This document shows, piece by piece, positions 11,451 to 22,353 of a DNA stretch of 64,000 nucleotides. The DNA comes from Selaginella moellendorffii (Eukaryota > Plantae > Lycopodiophyta), in the NCBI RefSeq assembly GCF_000143415.4, contig NW_003314285.1, positions 647,370 to 711,369 on the forward strand. Direction: 5' to 3'. The stretch's first letter is position 1. Every line of letters begins with the position of its first letter. The position numbers were made by a program, and so were the translations under genes. The notes beneath the pieces were generated by a model. That model saw only the letters and a program-made list of their open reading frames with translations. It did not search any database and had not been told where the DNA came from.

Positions 11451-13637
11451 TAGAGACTCACTTACTACTTGTTTTGTGCTCATTCCCTGAGCACTTCATT
11501 GGGAGTTCCACTCCCACTCTCGACTATCTAAGTTGGAGCTTTTTAGTCCAATCGTATTACACTCATTTGGCTTTTACTTTGGCCACTACCATGTGGCATC
11601 CTTTTGGCTCCAATTTAGGGTTTAGGGATTTGTGTCTCACATTAACTCATTGAGTGGAAATTGATGCTTTTGTGAATGTATTTGCAACTACTAATTGAAT
11701 ACTTCCTCCTCAATTGAGAAGTTCTCCAACATTTTTGTTTAGAGTAAATTCTCTCAAATAATGGTTCTACATTTATGCCCGAAGCATTTCACATTTTAAC
11801 ATCTCAACTAAGGATGTGCCACATTTTCACAAGTTCTTATCATCCACAAATAGATTGCTTAGTGGAATAGCTTATTTGAACCTTCAAAGAGATGATCATG
11901 AAATACATGAACTTTTACTAAATAAACTCCTATACTCATGATCTGATATTGGTAACAGAGTTGAGTTTACCTTCACAATTACCATAGACTATTAATGCTT
12001 AGTCTTAGGATCAGTATTTGAGGAGCATTCTTCCATTAGTTCAAGTGGAGTTTGCTGAACATTTGGGCTGTGTACAAATGGGACAACAATGATCTACAAC
12101 TCCTATCATCATCCACATATAGAGTACAAAGTGGATGATATGGTGTCAATCTATTTTCCCAATCTTATAATATGTGGTCTATCAAAGGGGTTTCTTGCTC
12201 AATGGAAAGGACCATATCGGATGTTGTAGGAAGTTGGACCATAAGTTTATGAGGTTCATCATTGTTGTGAATATGACTTCGGTATCAAAAGCTACCTGTC
12301 AACTAGTCCTTTTGGATATTCTTTCCTTACTACCACGACAGCAGGAGGTCAGTATTACTAGACCTATTATCAATTCCCACTTGAGCTAGTTGAGAAATTG
12401 ATCAATGCCCATGCACTTAAATTGGATAAACATAAGGTAGGAACCTTATATGTTTCTTGTTGAGCATACTCGACTTGGTTTGAGAAACTTGTGTGATTAG
12501 CTTGCACTTACTAGTATCAAGAACTCTCACGATATTGAGTTTGGTCCCTCAATATTTGCTAAATGATAACTTAACGTGTCTGCCAAACACCCTTGCTATC
12601 ATGCTCTTTGTGTTAGTCTCATTTTGGTCCCAAATGCTATTTATGGAAAGTGTCTAGATTTGCTCATTTGGCATATCTACAAAATGTAAAGATTGTCTTG
12701 AACACAATAGTGTTTGTCTCGTGTCCAAATTCACAATTTAGTGACATGCCACATTTAATAAATTTCAAGCTTGCTCTAGAGACTAACTCGTAGTACTCAG
12801 GGAGGCTTGGGGTGAAAGCCTAAAGCATGTGTTCCTCAAGGAAGGGAAGGGAAGGGAAGGGAAGAGGGGGGGAGTTATGGGGGGTTCTAAATGTATAGTA
12901 GGGATAGTGGGTAGGTTGAGCATGGCCGACTAACCTGAGGCATAGTTTAGATCCCGCTTGTGTGCATGTCCTTGTTTTATGTCTGACTTGGGTCTAAGCC
13001 CAAGTTCCACACCATGCTAGCTGGTGGAGTTCCTATAACCTCACGTTAGGCCACTAGTATGCTGAAATAGCGCTAAACTCTATTTGGCTCCATTTTGTGT
13101 GCTAGTCCCGGCATTAGGATGCTAGATACTCTAGGACTGTTCCAAGTCACTCTGTATTCCTAACCTTTCACTCCTTAGGCTATACGCTCGAGAGTCACTC
13201 CATGCTCCAATTTCTTTGCTCCTTGGCCTCAAGCTTAGAAGTTTGGTTTTGTTCTTTCGTTCAGTGGCCCAAGGCCACTCAGATTCCACTTTGCTGTCCT
13301 TTGAATACGTGGCACATGGCATGTGGTATGTGACACATGGCATATAGAGGGTTTAGGTTCCACTTTGTGGTTATCCTAAGGTAAATCACCATAGGATAAA
13401 GGGTAAAGACCATGTATGCTATATTTGGTATTAAAGGATACATCTCAGTGAGTACTATTCAATGAGATTGGGTAACTAGTCTCATTATATATGCAGAGAT
13501 GAAAATGATAATCTGAATGGGTACACGTTTAGGTGCAATGACTTTGCATTTGTTTCTTGGGTATAAATTTTGGTTATCTTTTGTACCTTATTATGTGAGC
13601 TTGCTCTTGGGCTCATAAGAAGGATTGAAATGTTCTA

Positions 13638-13806
13638 TTTTGCACAAGTTTGCACTTGGACTCGTGAGTGAGGCACCTTAGCAACTCAAGGTTACACTTT
13701 GAGTTGGCAAGATGGATTTGAGGTGTACCATTTTGCACGAGTTTGCACTTGGGCTCATAAGTGAGGCACATTAGCAACTCGAAGTTACATTTTGAGTTGG
13801 CAGGAT
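13638..13806 (+). repeat. ~93-bp direct repeat pair in the retroelement leader
   Basis: ttttgcacRagtttgcacttggRctc...gagttggcaRgat occurs twice. Confidence 0.8.
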
Positions 13807-14339
13807 TAATATTAGCCTATTAGTGGTTCTATAAGTTGTTCCATGTACCATGGGTTAAAGTAAACTTCCCTTGGGTTGCTATGAGTGACAAATAGGCTGG
13901 TCTATAGCTATTTAGCACGGCACTAATGGATCCTTTCTAGGCATGATTATGAGTGGATCAATCAAGTTTAAGTAGTCATTGTCGTGCTCTCTCATAAACT
14001 TTTCTTGGATTGGACTAAAGGTAGTGCAAAAGCAAGTTTGAGGTTTGGTCAAATATGAGACTGAAAAGAGAGTCCTCAGAGACAAAATACGTAAATCATT
14101 TTCTCTTCCAGAAGAGATGATTCACAATGAGGTGTGACTTATTGCTTGCGTTCACATTATGCAATCAAGCCCTATCTTAATGCATGTTTGTTATGATGGT
14201 TTTACAAGTGGTGAGTCATGGGATGGATATGTGAGACACAAATCCCTAAGCCCCAAAGTGGAGCCGAAAGAGTGCCACGTGGTAGTGGCCAAAGTGAAAG
14301 CCAAACGAGCGTAACACGTTTAGACTAAAAGTTATGACT

Positions 14340-14772
14340 TGAGGAGTCTAAGATGGAATCCAAGATGGAGTCTAAGATGGACGGAAATGGACCCAAGATG
14401 GAGTCCGAGATGGAGTCTGAGATGGACCTGAGATGGAGTCCAAAATGGAGTCTAAGATGGACCCAAGATGGACCCGAGATGGAGTTCGAGATGGAGTTCG
14501 AGATGGACCAAGATGGAGTCTGAGATGGAGTATGAGATGGAGTCCAAGATGGAGTCCGAGATGGACTGAGATAGACCCGAGATGGAGTCCGAGATGGAGT
14601 CCAAGATGGACCGGAGATGGAGTCCGAGATGGAGTCCGAGAAGGATCCAAGATGGAGTCCGAAGTCAAGACCGAGCCCGAGACCGAGACCGAGCCCAAGA
14701 CTGAGCCCGAGTCCGAGTCCGAGTCCGAGTCTGAGTTTGAGTCTGAGTTCGAGTCCGAGTTTGAGTCTGAGA
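14340..14772 (+). repeat. 11/12-bp tandem array followed by a 6-bp GAGTCC/GAGTTT array
   Basis: More than 20 GATGGAGTCCGA/GATGGACCCGA units, then (GAGYYY)n. Confidence 0.9.
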
Positions 14773-17700
14773 GGGTGAAAGCCCAAAGCATTCGTCTCCC
14801 ACACCTTGGGGGGTTTGGTAAGCTCCAAAAGTATAGTAAGGGGAAGACTCCAGTGGAGCCAGTTTAGCCAAGAAAGGCAAGTTTGGCCTAGGAAGGTTGT
14901 TCTCAAGTGTTAGGTGATGGGATAACCACTGGGAGGTCCAACGCTAGAGTGAATATAGACTATCAAGTGGGGTAGCTTAATGAAGTGTTCAAAAGCCAGC
15001 TCTAGTTCCCCCGGGAGATCGAATGGTCGATGCTCCCAGTCCAAATGTGGGTGGCATTACCTACTTGGATACCTGGCGTGGCTCAATGGAACCTCGCTCT
15101 AAGCCTATGGCTAGAGCACCCAAAGGTGGAAAGCGGGAAAAGTACCCACAAAACTCGCGTAAGGCTGTGGTGTTCCAAAATGTTGTCCCAAAGTCCCAGA
15201 CTGTAGAATGGAAGAGGAGTAGTCCTTTGGTGTGGTGACCAAGGATACGATCATGTGGTGAGAAAGTCCCAGAGGACAATAGGACTTAGTGGTAAGGCCT
15301 GTGGGCCTTGTTCGAGTGGCAGTGTAGGCAAACTTGGCCATAGATGGAAAAGGGACTTAGTGGGGATTGTAAAAGGGATATTGGGGAAGGTGGTTCCCCA
15401 TGTTTGCGGGCATCTTAAGGATGCTAAGGAGTTGATCTTGGATGGTCACTCTTAGACAGATGGCCCAGTCATTGAGAGACGGGACTGCAATGTAAGTGGT
15501 GTTGGACCATCGGTGTGACTAAAGTGAATGGGCATGGCCTTAGCGTAATGCACTGGTATGTCAGTGGTACCTTAGGGCGTCGGTCTTGGGACCGGACATA
15601 TGGAGCATTTGGACCAAATGCAAAGGATGAGTGGTATGGATGCCATTTTCAGGGCTAGCAAGTTCCATGTCCTAAATTAGACTTAAGTAGGTTGTGAATG
15701 AGACTCCTCCAAGTGGTTAGAGGTGTGGTTAAGTGACTAAAGTAGAATGGAAAAATTAGTCACTTATAGGATAGTGGTGAAGTGATAAACCATTTTGTCT
15801 AGACTTGCTACTAAAAACTTAAGTTACATTGCTCAATTCTTTTCTGGGGAACTTTACTGTTGCTCCTTGAGTAGCTTGGTGTTGGATTAGTTTTGAGTTT
15901 AGTCGGAAAGAGAGTGGCATGAGTTTGTCTGTATTGTGAACAAAAGTTAGTGGTGTTGAGTGTTGTATATCTCTATCGGTGGGGTGTGGCATTTATGTTG
16001 CATTTTGTCTAATTGATTTGACACTTGATACTCACGTAAACCTTTGCAATAGTGATATGGGCATTGCTCGTGATGTTGCTTAATTGATGATCAAGTCATT
16101 GTGATTTTATATCATATCTATGTGATAGTGAGCAAAATGTTTACAAAGTTGCTTAGTTAAATGATAATCAACCCTAAAGTGGTTGATAGTGAAGCTAGTC
16201 TACTTGCACATAGTAGCATTGTAGTAACTTTAACTAGATTCTCAATAGTGATATATAATATGCTAAGCTTATATTAGTACTTTGTTTCCTTGAAAGTTTG
16301 CCCATTGAAGTGTTGGGAAAGGGTTATAACATTCATTTACTATAATTTGTCAGTGAATCCGTTGCACTTGAAGTAGATTATTGAATGGTGAAAGTGTGAA
16401 GTTGTTGAGGCATTAGCATTGTTAACACTTGTGTTAGTGGAAGTGGCATTGTTATTTTAAGTGATGAGGAATTTTCCTTACACCTTGATTTTTCTATATC
16501 ATTTTTCTTATTAATGTTTTAGCTTCACATTGGATCTTAAAGATGGTTGAAAAAGAGTGTTAGTGCAATATGAATATCTGAAAATATGGTCTTTGTGATT
16601 AAGCCTCAGATGTTTATTTTGCATTTCACAGATATCAGTGTTGGATGTCGGAAATATGGGCAAGATGTTCGATGCTTAGACATACTGTTAGGTAATAAGA
16701 ATTGATGTTGAGGTAAACTTATGTGAAGTTGTTAGTAGGAGGAAGTTGGTTGAGTCTTGAAAGTTTGTATTCCTAAATTGAGAATCATTCTTTTTCTAGG
16801 ATGAAAAATTTTCCATAAATTTTCTTAGGCTTTTCCAATGGATAATTTTTTGATCATTTTGCTTAAAAACTAATCTATTTTTGTAAGCTAGTATAAACTA
16901 GTGAAGGGGTTGAAGTTGACTTTGTTAGCTTAGACGTTAATATATAGTTTATATGATGTGACCTAAAAGGGATGCTAACTTTTGAGGCTAAATCAATTAA
17001 GTTGAATAGAGTCTAAAGTTGGTGTAGAAAAGTGGCTGTTGCACTTTTCTAAAAAGGTGATTCTTGTGTCTTTCTGCTATAGCATAGTCTAGGTTTACTC
17101 ATTTGGCATATCTACAGAATGTAGAGATTGTCCTAAATACAATAGTGTTTGTCCCGTGTCCAAATTCGCAATCTAAAGACATTCCACATTTAGTAAATTT
17201 CGAACTTGTTCCAAAGACTAACTCTTAGTACTAAAGGAGGCTTGGGGTGAAAGCCTAAAGCATGTGTTCCTTAGGGGGGGGCGGGGGTATAGGGGGTTCC
17301 AAATATATAGTAGGAATAATAGGTAGGTCGGGAATAGCTAAACTTGAGGTATAGTCTAATTCCCACTTGCGTACTTGTCCTTGTTTTACGTTCGGCTTGG
17401 GTCTAAGCCCAAATTTCACACCATATTAGCTAGTGGAGTACCCATAACTTTACATTAAGCCACCAATATATTGAAATAACACTAAACTTTGTTTGGCTCT
17501 GTTTTCTATGCTAGTCATAGCATTGGGATGTTGGATACTCTAGGACTATTCTAAGTCGTTCCATACTCCTGACCCTTCACTTCTTATACACTCAGGAGTT
17601 ACTCTATGCTCCAATTCCTTCGCTCCTTGGCTTCAAGTTTAGAAATTTGGCTCCATTCCTTTGTTCAGTGGCCCAAAACTCTAAAACTTGGATTCCACTT

Positions 17701-18324
17701 TGTTGTCCTTTGGACACGTGGCATATGGCATGTGGTATGTGACACGTGGCATTAAGTTTTGCTTTGTGGTTATCCTATAGTAAATCACCATAGAATAAAG
17801 GGTAAAAACCACATGTACTACAATCATACCATTTAACAAGCTAATCCTCCAAAAATTGTGCATATGCACTAACTAAAACATTTCGTATAAAGGGATTAGA
17901 AACAACTAAAAATCCACTAGTGCCTCCTCCTAATGTTTCTCCTGATTCTAACCCATCAAAAGAAGAACCCTAACTACCTTCCATCTTTAGTTTACTAATA
18001 GGATTTTGATAGCTATTAGATTGATTTTAATCTAGACCATTTACTCTTATATATAAATTAAAGTTTTTAGGTTAATTGATATACACATTTCTGTATTCCC
18101 ATTTTCATATTCCATGCAGTCACTATTTAAAAATTACTAATAATAAAAAATTGTTAATTTAATCATTAAAATTAAACTAGACAATACCCAGTAGAATCCT
18201 AAAGAATGCCAAGAGTCATTCTTTTAATTTGTCATAAAGATTGAAATTCTTATATTCATGTTCTATTATGGGCTGGTTCTTTCATGCCAATTACTATATT
18301 ACCTTTTCCTCAAAATACAAGCGC

Positions 18325-19270
18325 TTCCTAGGATGAGAAGCCAGCAACTCTATCTCGACCCCATACAAACTCCTCATGCTATCCAACAGCTCACACTCTT
18401 TCTCCCCTCCAACAAGACTAATCACCACTTTGGTTGTCTGGTCAGACAAAAGCTCAAAGTAAGAACGTCTCAAACCAGCCTTGATCTGTGACGATCACGG
18501 ACCTGTTCTTGCTTTGCTTGATACACTCCACCTCCCTCTCGTCCATGCTGCTGTGAATCACAAACACGGACAATTCACTCCTCATCTCCGCCACCACCCT
18601 GGCACTGTTGTTGCACACCACCGTTGCCTGGACTTTGAAGCGCTGCCTCAACTCTTTGCACAGCCGGCATAGTTTGCAACTCTATGCAAGCATAGCGCAA
18701 TCCATGCTCGCGTCAGCTTTGTTTAACCTTTCCTGGCCCTCTGTCGGCAAACCTCGACACCAGATCCTCCACCTCAGGAGACAGATATGGACATCCTCAT
18801 CCACACACTCCACGATCCAATCCATCTGTCATGACACAACGCAAGAGAACTAAGTAACTGAATCAAACCACAAGAGAAAGAGCAAGCTCACCATGCGAGA
18901 CCAGAAAACTGGACATTGCTCAAGAAGTTACTTGTATAACAGAAACTCGTTTGGCCTTTTGGGGGGCCAACAGACTCTTCCGGCAGTTCGAAGTCATGAG
19001 CAAACGCCTGCATGAGCCGGGCTATTCGAGCAGCCATGCACTCCGCTGCCAGAACAAGTGTGTGCAGCGTCATCTTCACGGGCTGCACTACGCTGTCACC
19101 ACCGCCAAAACTTTCAGCCGAGTCAAATTGCGAGTCTGTGTTTTGCAGTTTTTCTCTGGCCTTCGAACATTTCAAGGCTAATCAATCCTCAGTTTATTAC
19201 CTGGTAGAGGATCCTCCTTGAAAGTGAAGCAGTCTGGGATCCACAACGCCCTTCGTTCATGCCGACGGCC
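18325..19270 (-). pseudogene. Highly divergent eIF4A-like DEAD-box helicase relic
   Basis: TLVLAA (motif Ia-like), QATVVCN..VIHSSMD..RSVIVTD (RecA2 motifs IV-V-like), KVVISLV..ELLDSMRSLYGVEIELLAS (eIF4A C-tail-like); stops and frameshifts present. Confidence 0.45.
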
Positions 19271-19411
19271 TAATGGATAGTGTAGACAGAAGACAATGAA
19301 AAAGCCGGAAACCCTTATAAAAATTCCGGACAGAGACCATCCTAAGGCGGGAAACCCTTATCAAATAAAAATCCAAGAGCCCTAAAGACAGGAAATTTTA
19401 GGGCCCTCCAA

Positions 19412-22087
19412 ATGCAGGGAAGATTGAGCCTTTGCGGCTGCTTGATCCAGGTATGCTTCTCATTTTCGATCGATCTAGCCGCCATACGACACTATTTCTC
19501 TCTCGTCTAGACTAGTCCCAGCCGGATTCGATGCTCCAGCTCCAGCAAGGGTTTCCACAGATCGAATGAGTCGCTGGCGACGTATCACGAGATCCGCGAG
19601 CTCGGGCAGAAGCCGGGGATCGGGATTACTCTAGCCGCATTGAAGGTATGCCGGGGATCGAACGACCTCAAGGCTGGGAGGAAGATTCACGCAGATTTGG
19701 TGGAGAGTGGGGATATTTCCAGTGTTTTCGTGGCCAGCGCTGTGGTGGACATGTACGCCAAGTGTGGGAGCTTGGTGGAAGCTCGCAAGGTTTTCGAGAG
19801 CATGGAGAAGCACGATGTGGTGTCGTGGAACTCGATGATTCAAGGCTACGTCCAAGGCGGTGATGGGAGAACAGCTCTGGATCTCTACTCGAGAATGCAG
19901 GAACAGGGAAAGTGTGCTCCAAATCGTGTCACTGTTCTAGCGGCACTCAAGGCTTGCGTTAGTTTGGCTGGAGATGGCAAGAACTCTGGAAATGGTGGTG
20001 GAGGGAACTCAGGGTGGCTGAAGAGAGGGAGAGAGATTCACTCGCAAGCAGCAAAGAGTGGTGATGATCTCGACGCGTTCGTGGGAACCAGCTTGATCGA
20101 CATGTACGCGAAGTGTGGGAGCATGGACGAAGCTCGTCAAGTTTTTGAGAGCTTGCACCACCGATGCGTCCAGTCGTGGAACTGCCTCATTCTTCGATAC
20201 GCACAGAAAGGGGATGGCCAAGTTGCCTGGGAACTCTTCTCACGTATGAATTCGGAAGGCTACGAGCCGGATTCTATCACTCTTCTTGCTGCGCTGAAGG
20301 CCTGTGCAAGCTTGGCAGAGGAAGAGCAAGGCGAGTTTGTGTCGGGAAAGCTCGTCAAAGCCGAGAGTTTGGAGAAGGCTCGAAGTGTTCACTCTCAAGC
20401 TGACAAGAGTGGAGCCCTGCGCAACGCTTATGTCTCGAACGCTCTGATAGACTTCTATGCGAAGTTTGGGAGCTTGGAGGACGCTCACAAGGTGTTTAAG
20501 ACGATGCCGCAACGGACTGTGGTGTCCTGGAACTCGATCATTCTCGGGTACGCTCAGAGTGGCGAGGAGAAAGCTGCTTTGGACTTGTACTCGAGCATGA
20601 AGGACGAAGGTGGTGTGGCTGCGAACAGAATTACTCTTCTCGCTGCTCTCAAGGCTTGCGCTGGTTTGGCAGGGAAAGAAGATGGAAAGCAAGTTGATGG
20701 CAAGATTATCAAGGTTGAGTCGCTCAAACGAGGCCGAGCTCTTCACTCTCAAGCTGTGGAGACTGTGAAGAAGCTAGACGTGTTCGTGGAGAGCTCCCTG
20801 GTGGATTTGTACGCAAAATGTGGGAGCCTTGGAGATGCTTGCAGGATTTTTGAGAGCATGGAGGCACGGAGCATGGTCTCGTGGAACTGTATCATTCTGG
20901 GGCTCGCTCAGAGTGGCTTTCCAAACGCTGCTCTCAGGTACTATTGTCGTATGCAAAATGAAGGATGCTTACCAAATGCTGTGACTTTTGTTGCAGTTCT
21001 TAAGGCCTGTGGCGTTTTAGCAGCGCTAGAACTCGGGAAGCGAGTGCAGGATGAGCTCATGCTGGCTGGCTTTGGCGAGGATCCCTTTGTAGCCACCTCG
21101 CTGATCGATTTCTTTGGAAAATGCGGCAGCATAGTCGATGCGGAAAAGGTATTTCATTCAATTCCCCACAAGACTTTCGTGACATGGAGCTCTCTAATCG
21201 AAGGTTACAGTTGTCAGGGCGATAGCGAGCGGGTGTTTGATCTGTTCGAGAAAATGCAAGAGGACAAGCTGCGACCAAACGAGGTCACCTTTCTCTCGGT
21301 TCTTACCGCGTGCAGCCATGCCGGCCTCGTTGAAGAGGGGAAAGGTTACTTCCGGAGAATGAGCTCAGAGTTTGGCATCGCTCCTCGCATCAGGCATTAC
21401 ACTTGCATGGTGGATTTACTGGGGCGTGCCAATCAACTGGACGAAGCTGTGGCAATGGTCAAAAAGATGGCATGCGAGCCAGACGTGGTGATTTACACGG
21501 CTCTATTGAGCTCATGCTGGAAGTGGAAGAACACAGAAGTTGGGAGGTTCGCATTTGAGGAGGTGATGAAGATGGACAGCAAGAACACTCTGGCTTACGC
21601 CCTCATGGCGAACGTCTACAGTGCTGCTGGATTGGCAGGAAAGGTTGGGGAGATCCAGGAAATGGGAAAAACTGCTGGAGTTTTGAGAAGATCTGGACAG
21701 AGCTGGTGGACGGATAGGAAAGGAAGAGTGCACGTCTTCGTTGTGGGTGACAAGAGGCATCCACTAACTGAGAAGATTCAAGCGAAGCTGGATGATCTTT
21801 TTAATAATCTGGAGCGAGGACAAGGAAACGGAGAACAGTGTGGAAGTGGCGGCCATGATAACGATCTCGCCTTGTGTGGACACACGGAAAAGTTTGCGGT
21901 GGCATGTGCTCTCTTGAGCTCTCCTCCTGGAGCACCGGTTCGAGTCGTAAACAACTACAAGACTTGCGAGGAATGCCACGCAACTACTGCTCTTATCTCT
22001 AAGCTGGAGCAGCGGACCGTGATCGTCAGAGACACCCGGCTACACATTTTCCGAAATGGAATATGTTCCTGTGGTGATTGCTGGTAA
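19412..22087 (+). CDS. PLS-class PPR protein with LL-type motifs and a DYW:WW-type cytidine deaminase domain (organellar RNA-editing factor); exons 19412-19450 and 19511-22087
   Basis: Repeated LxDMYAKCGS / VVSWN / TxLAALKAC motifs; E domain HYTCMVDLLGRA; SWWTD..G..HVFVVGD..HP; HTEK..CEECH; ends CSCGDCW. ATG exon plus a 60-nt phase-0 GT..AG intron gives an S/R-rich transit-peptide-like N-terminus. Confidence 0.93.
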
Positions 22088-22353
22088 AATCTTTTTGAAG
22101 CAGTTCCATTTCAAGTTTGTTTTCTTCTTGCTTGCAGAGTCAAGGCCAAACACGGACGGAACTCTCTTGACAGCTTTTTATGTCGGAGATCCGGTAAATA
22201 ATACATTTTCTAGAGCAGAACAATGTTGACTGACATAAGTTTCTTGCCCTCCAATGGCTACAGGACGACCATCATTCATCACTTATCCCTATCGACACGT
22301 ACTGACTGACCTTCGGCATATAAGTAGTGCTTCGTGTTGAGGCATAAGTTAAG

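Larger units (their letters stand above)
5305..11650 (-). mobile_element. Degenerate Ty3/gypsy LTR retrotransposon, family A (3' LTR ~5305-5790, PPT ~5791-5806, decayed internal region, 5' LTR missing)
   Basis: 5370-6310 is the reverse complement of 12330-13300 and 17090-17700; 10230-11640 is the reverse complement of 14230-15780; G-rich PPT on the minus strand next to the LTR. Confidence 0.7.
11650..17822 (+). mobile_element. Tandem gypsy family A structure: integrase 3' end + PPT, LTR (~12875-13422), PBS, internal region, PPT, LTR (~17285-17822)
   Basis: Degenerate KLDHKF..F GPY/F-like integrase tail near 12230; G-tract PPTs before both LTRs; tggtattaaagg PBS-like site after the first LTR; second LTR ends in TACA at 17822. 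Confidence 0.7.

Noticed and set aside
14340-14772. CRISPR-like array or real ES/DS-rich protein ORFs (14325-14906, 14433-14867)
   Set aside because: The units are contiguous 11-12-mers with no unique spacers, in a eukaryotic retroelement context; the ORFs arise from stop-free repeats.
19640-19642. TTG start for the PPR-DYW gene as given in the ORF track
   Set aside because: The frame is open back to an acceptor at 19510 and an upstream ATG exon splices in phase.
21700-22087. U-to-C (DYW:KP) editing factor
   Set aside because: It lacks the KPAxA motif and has the WW signature instead.
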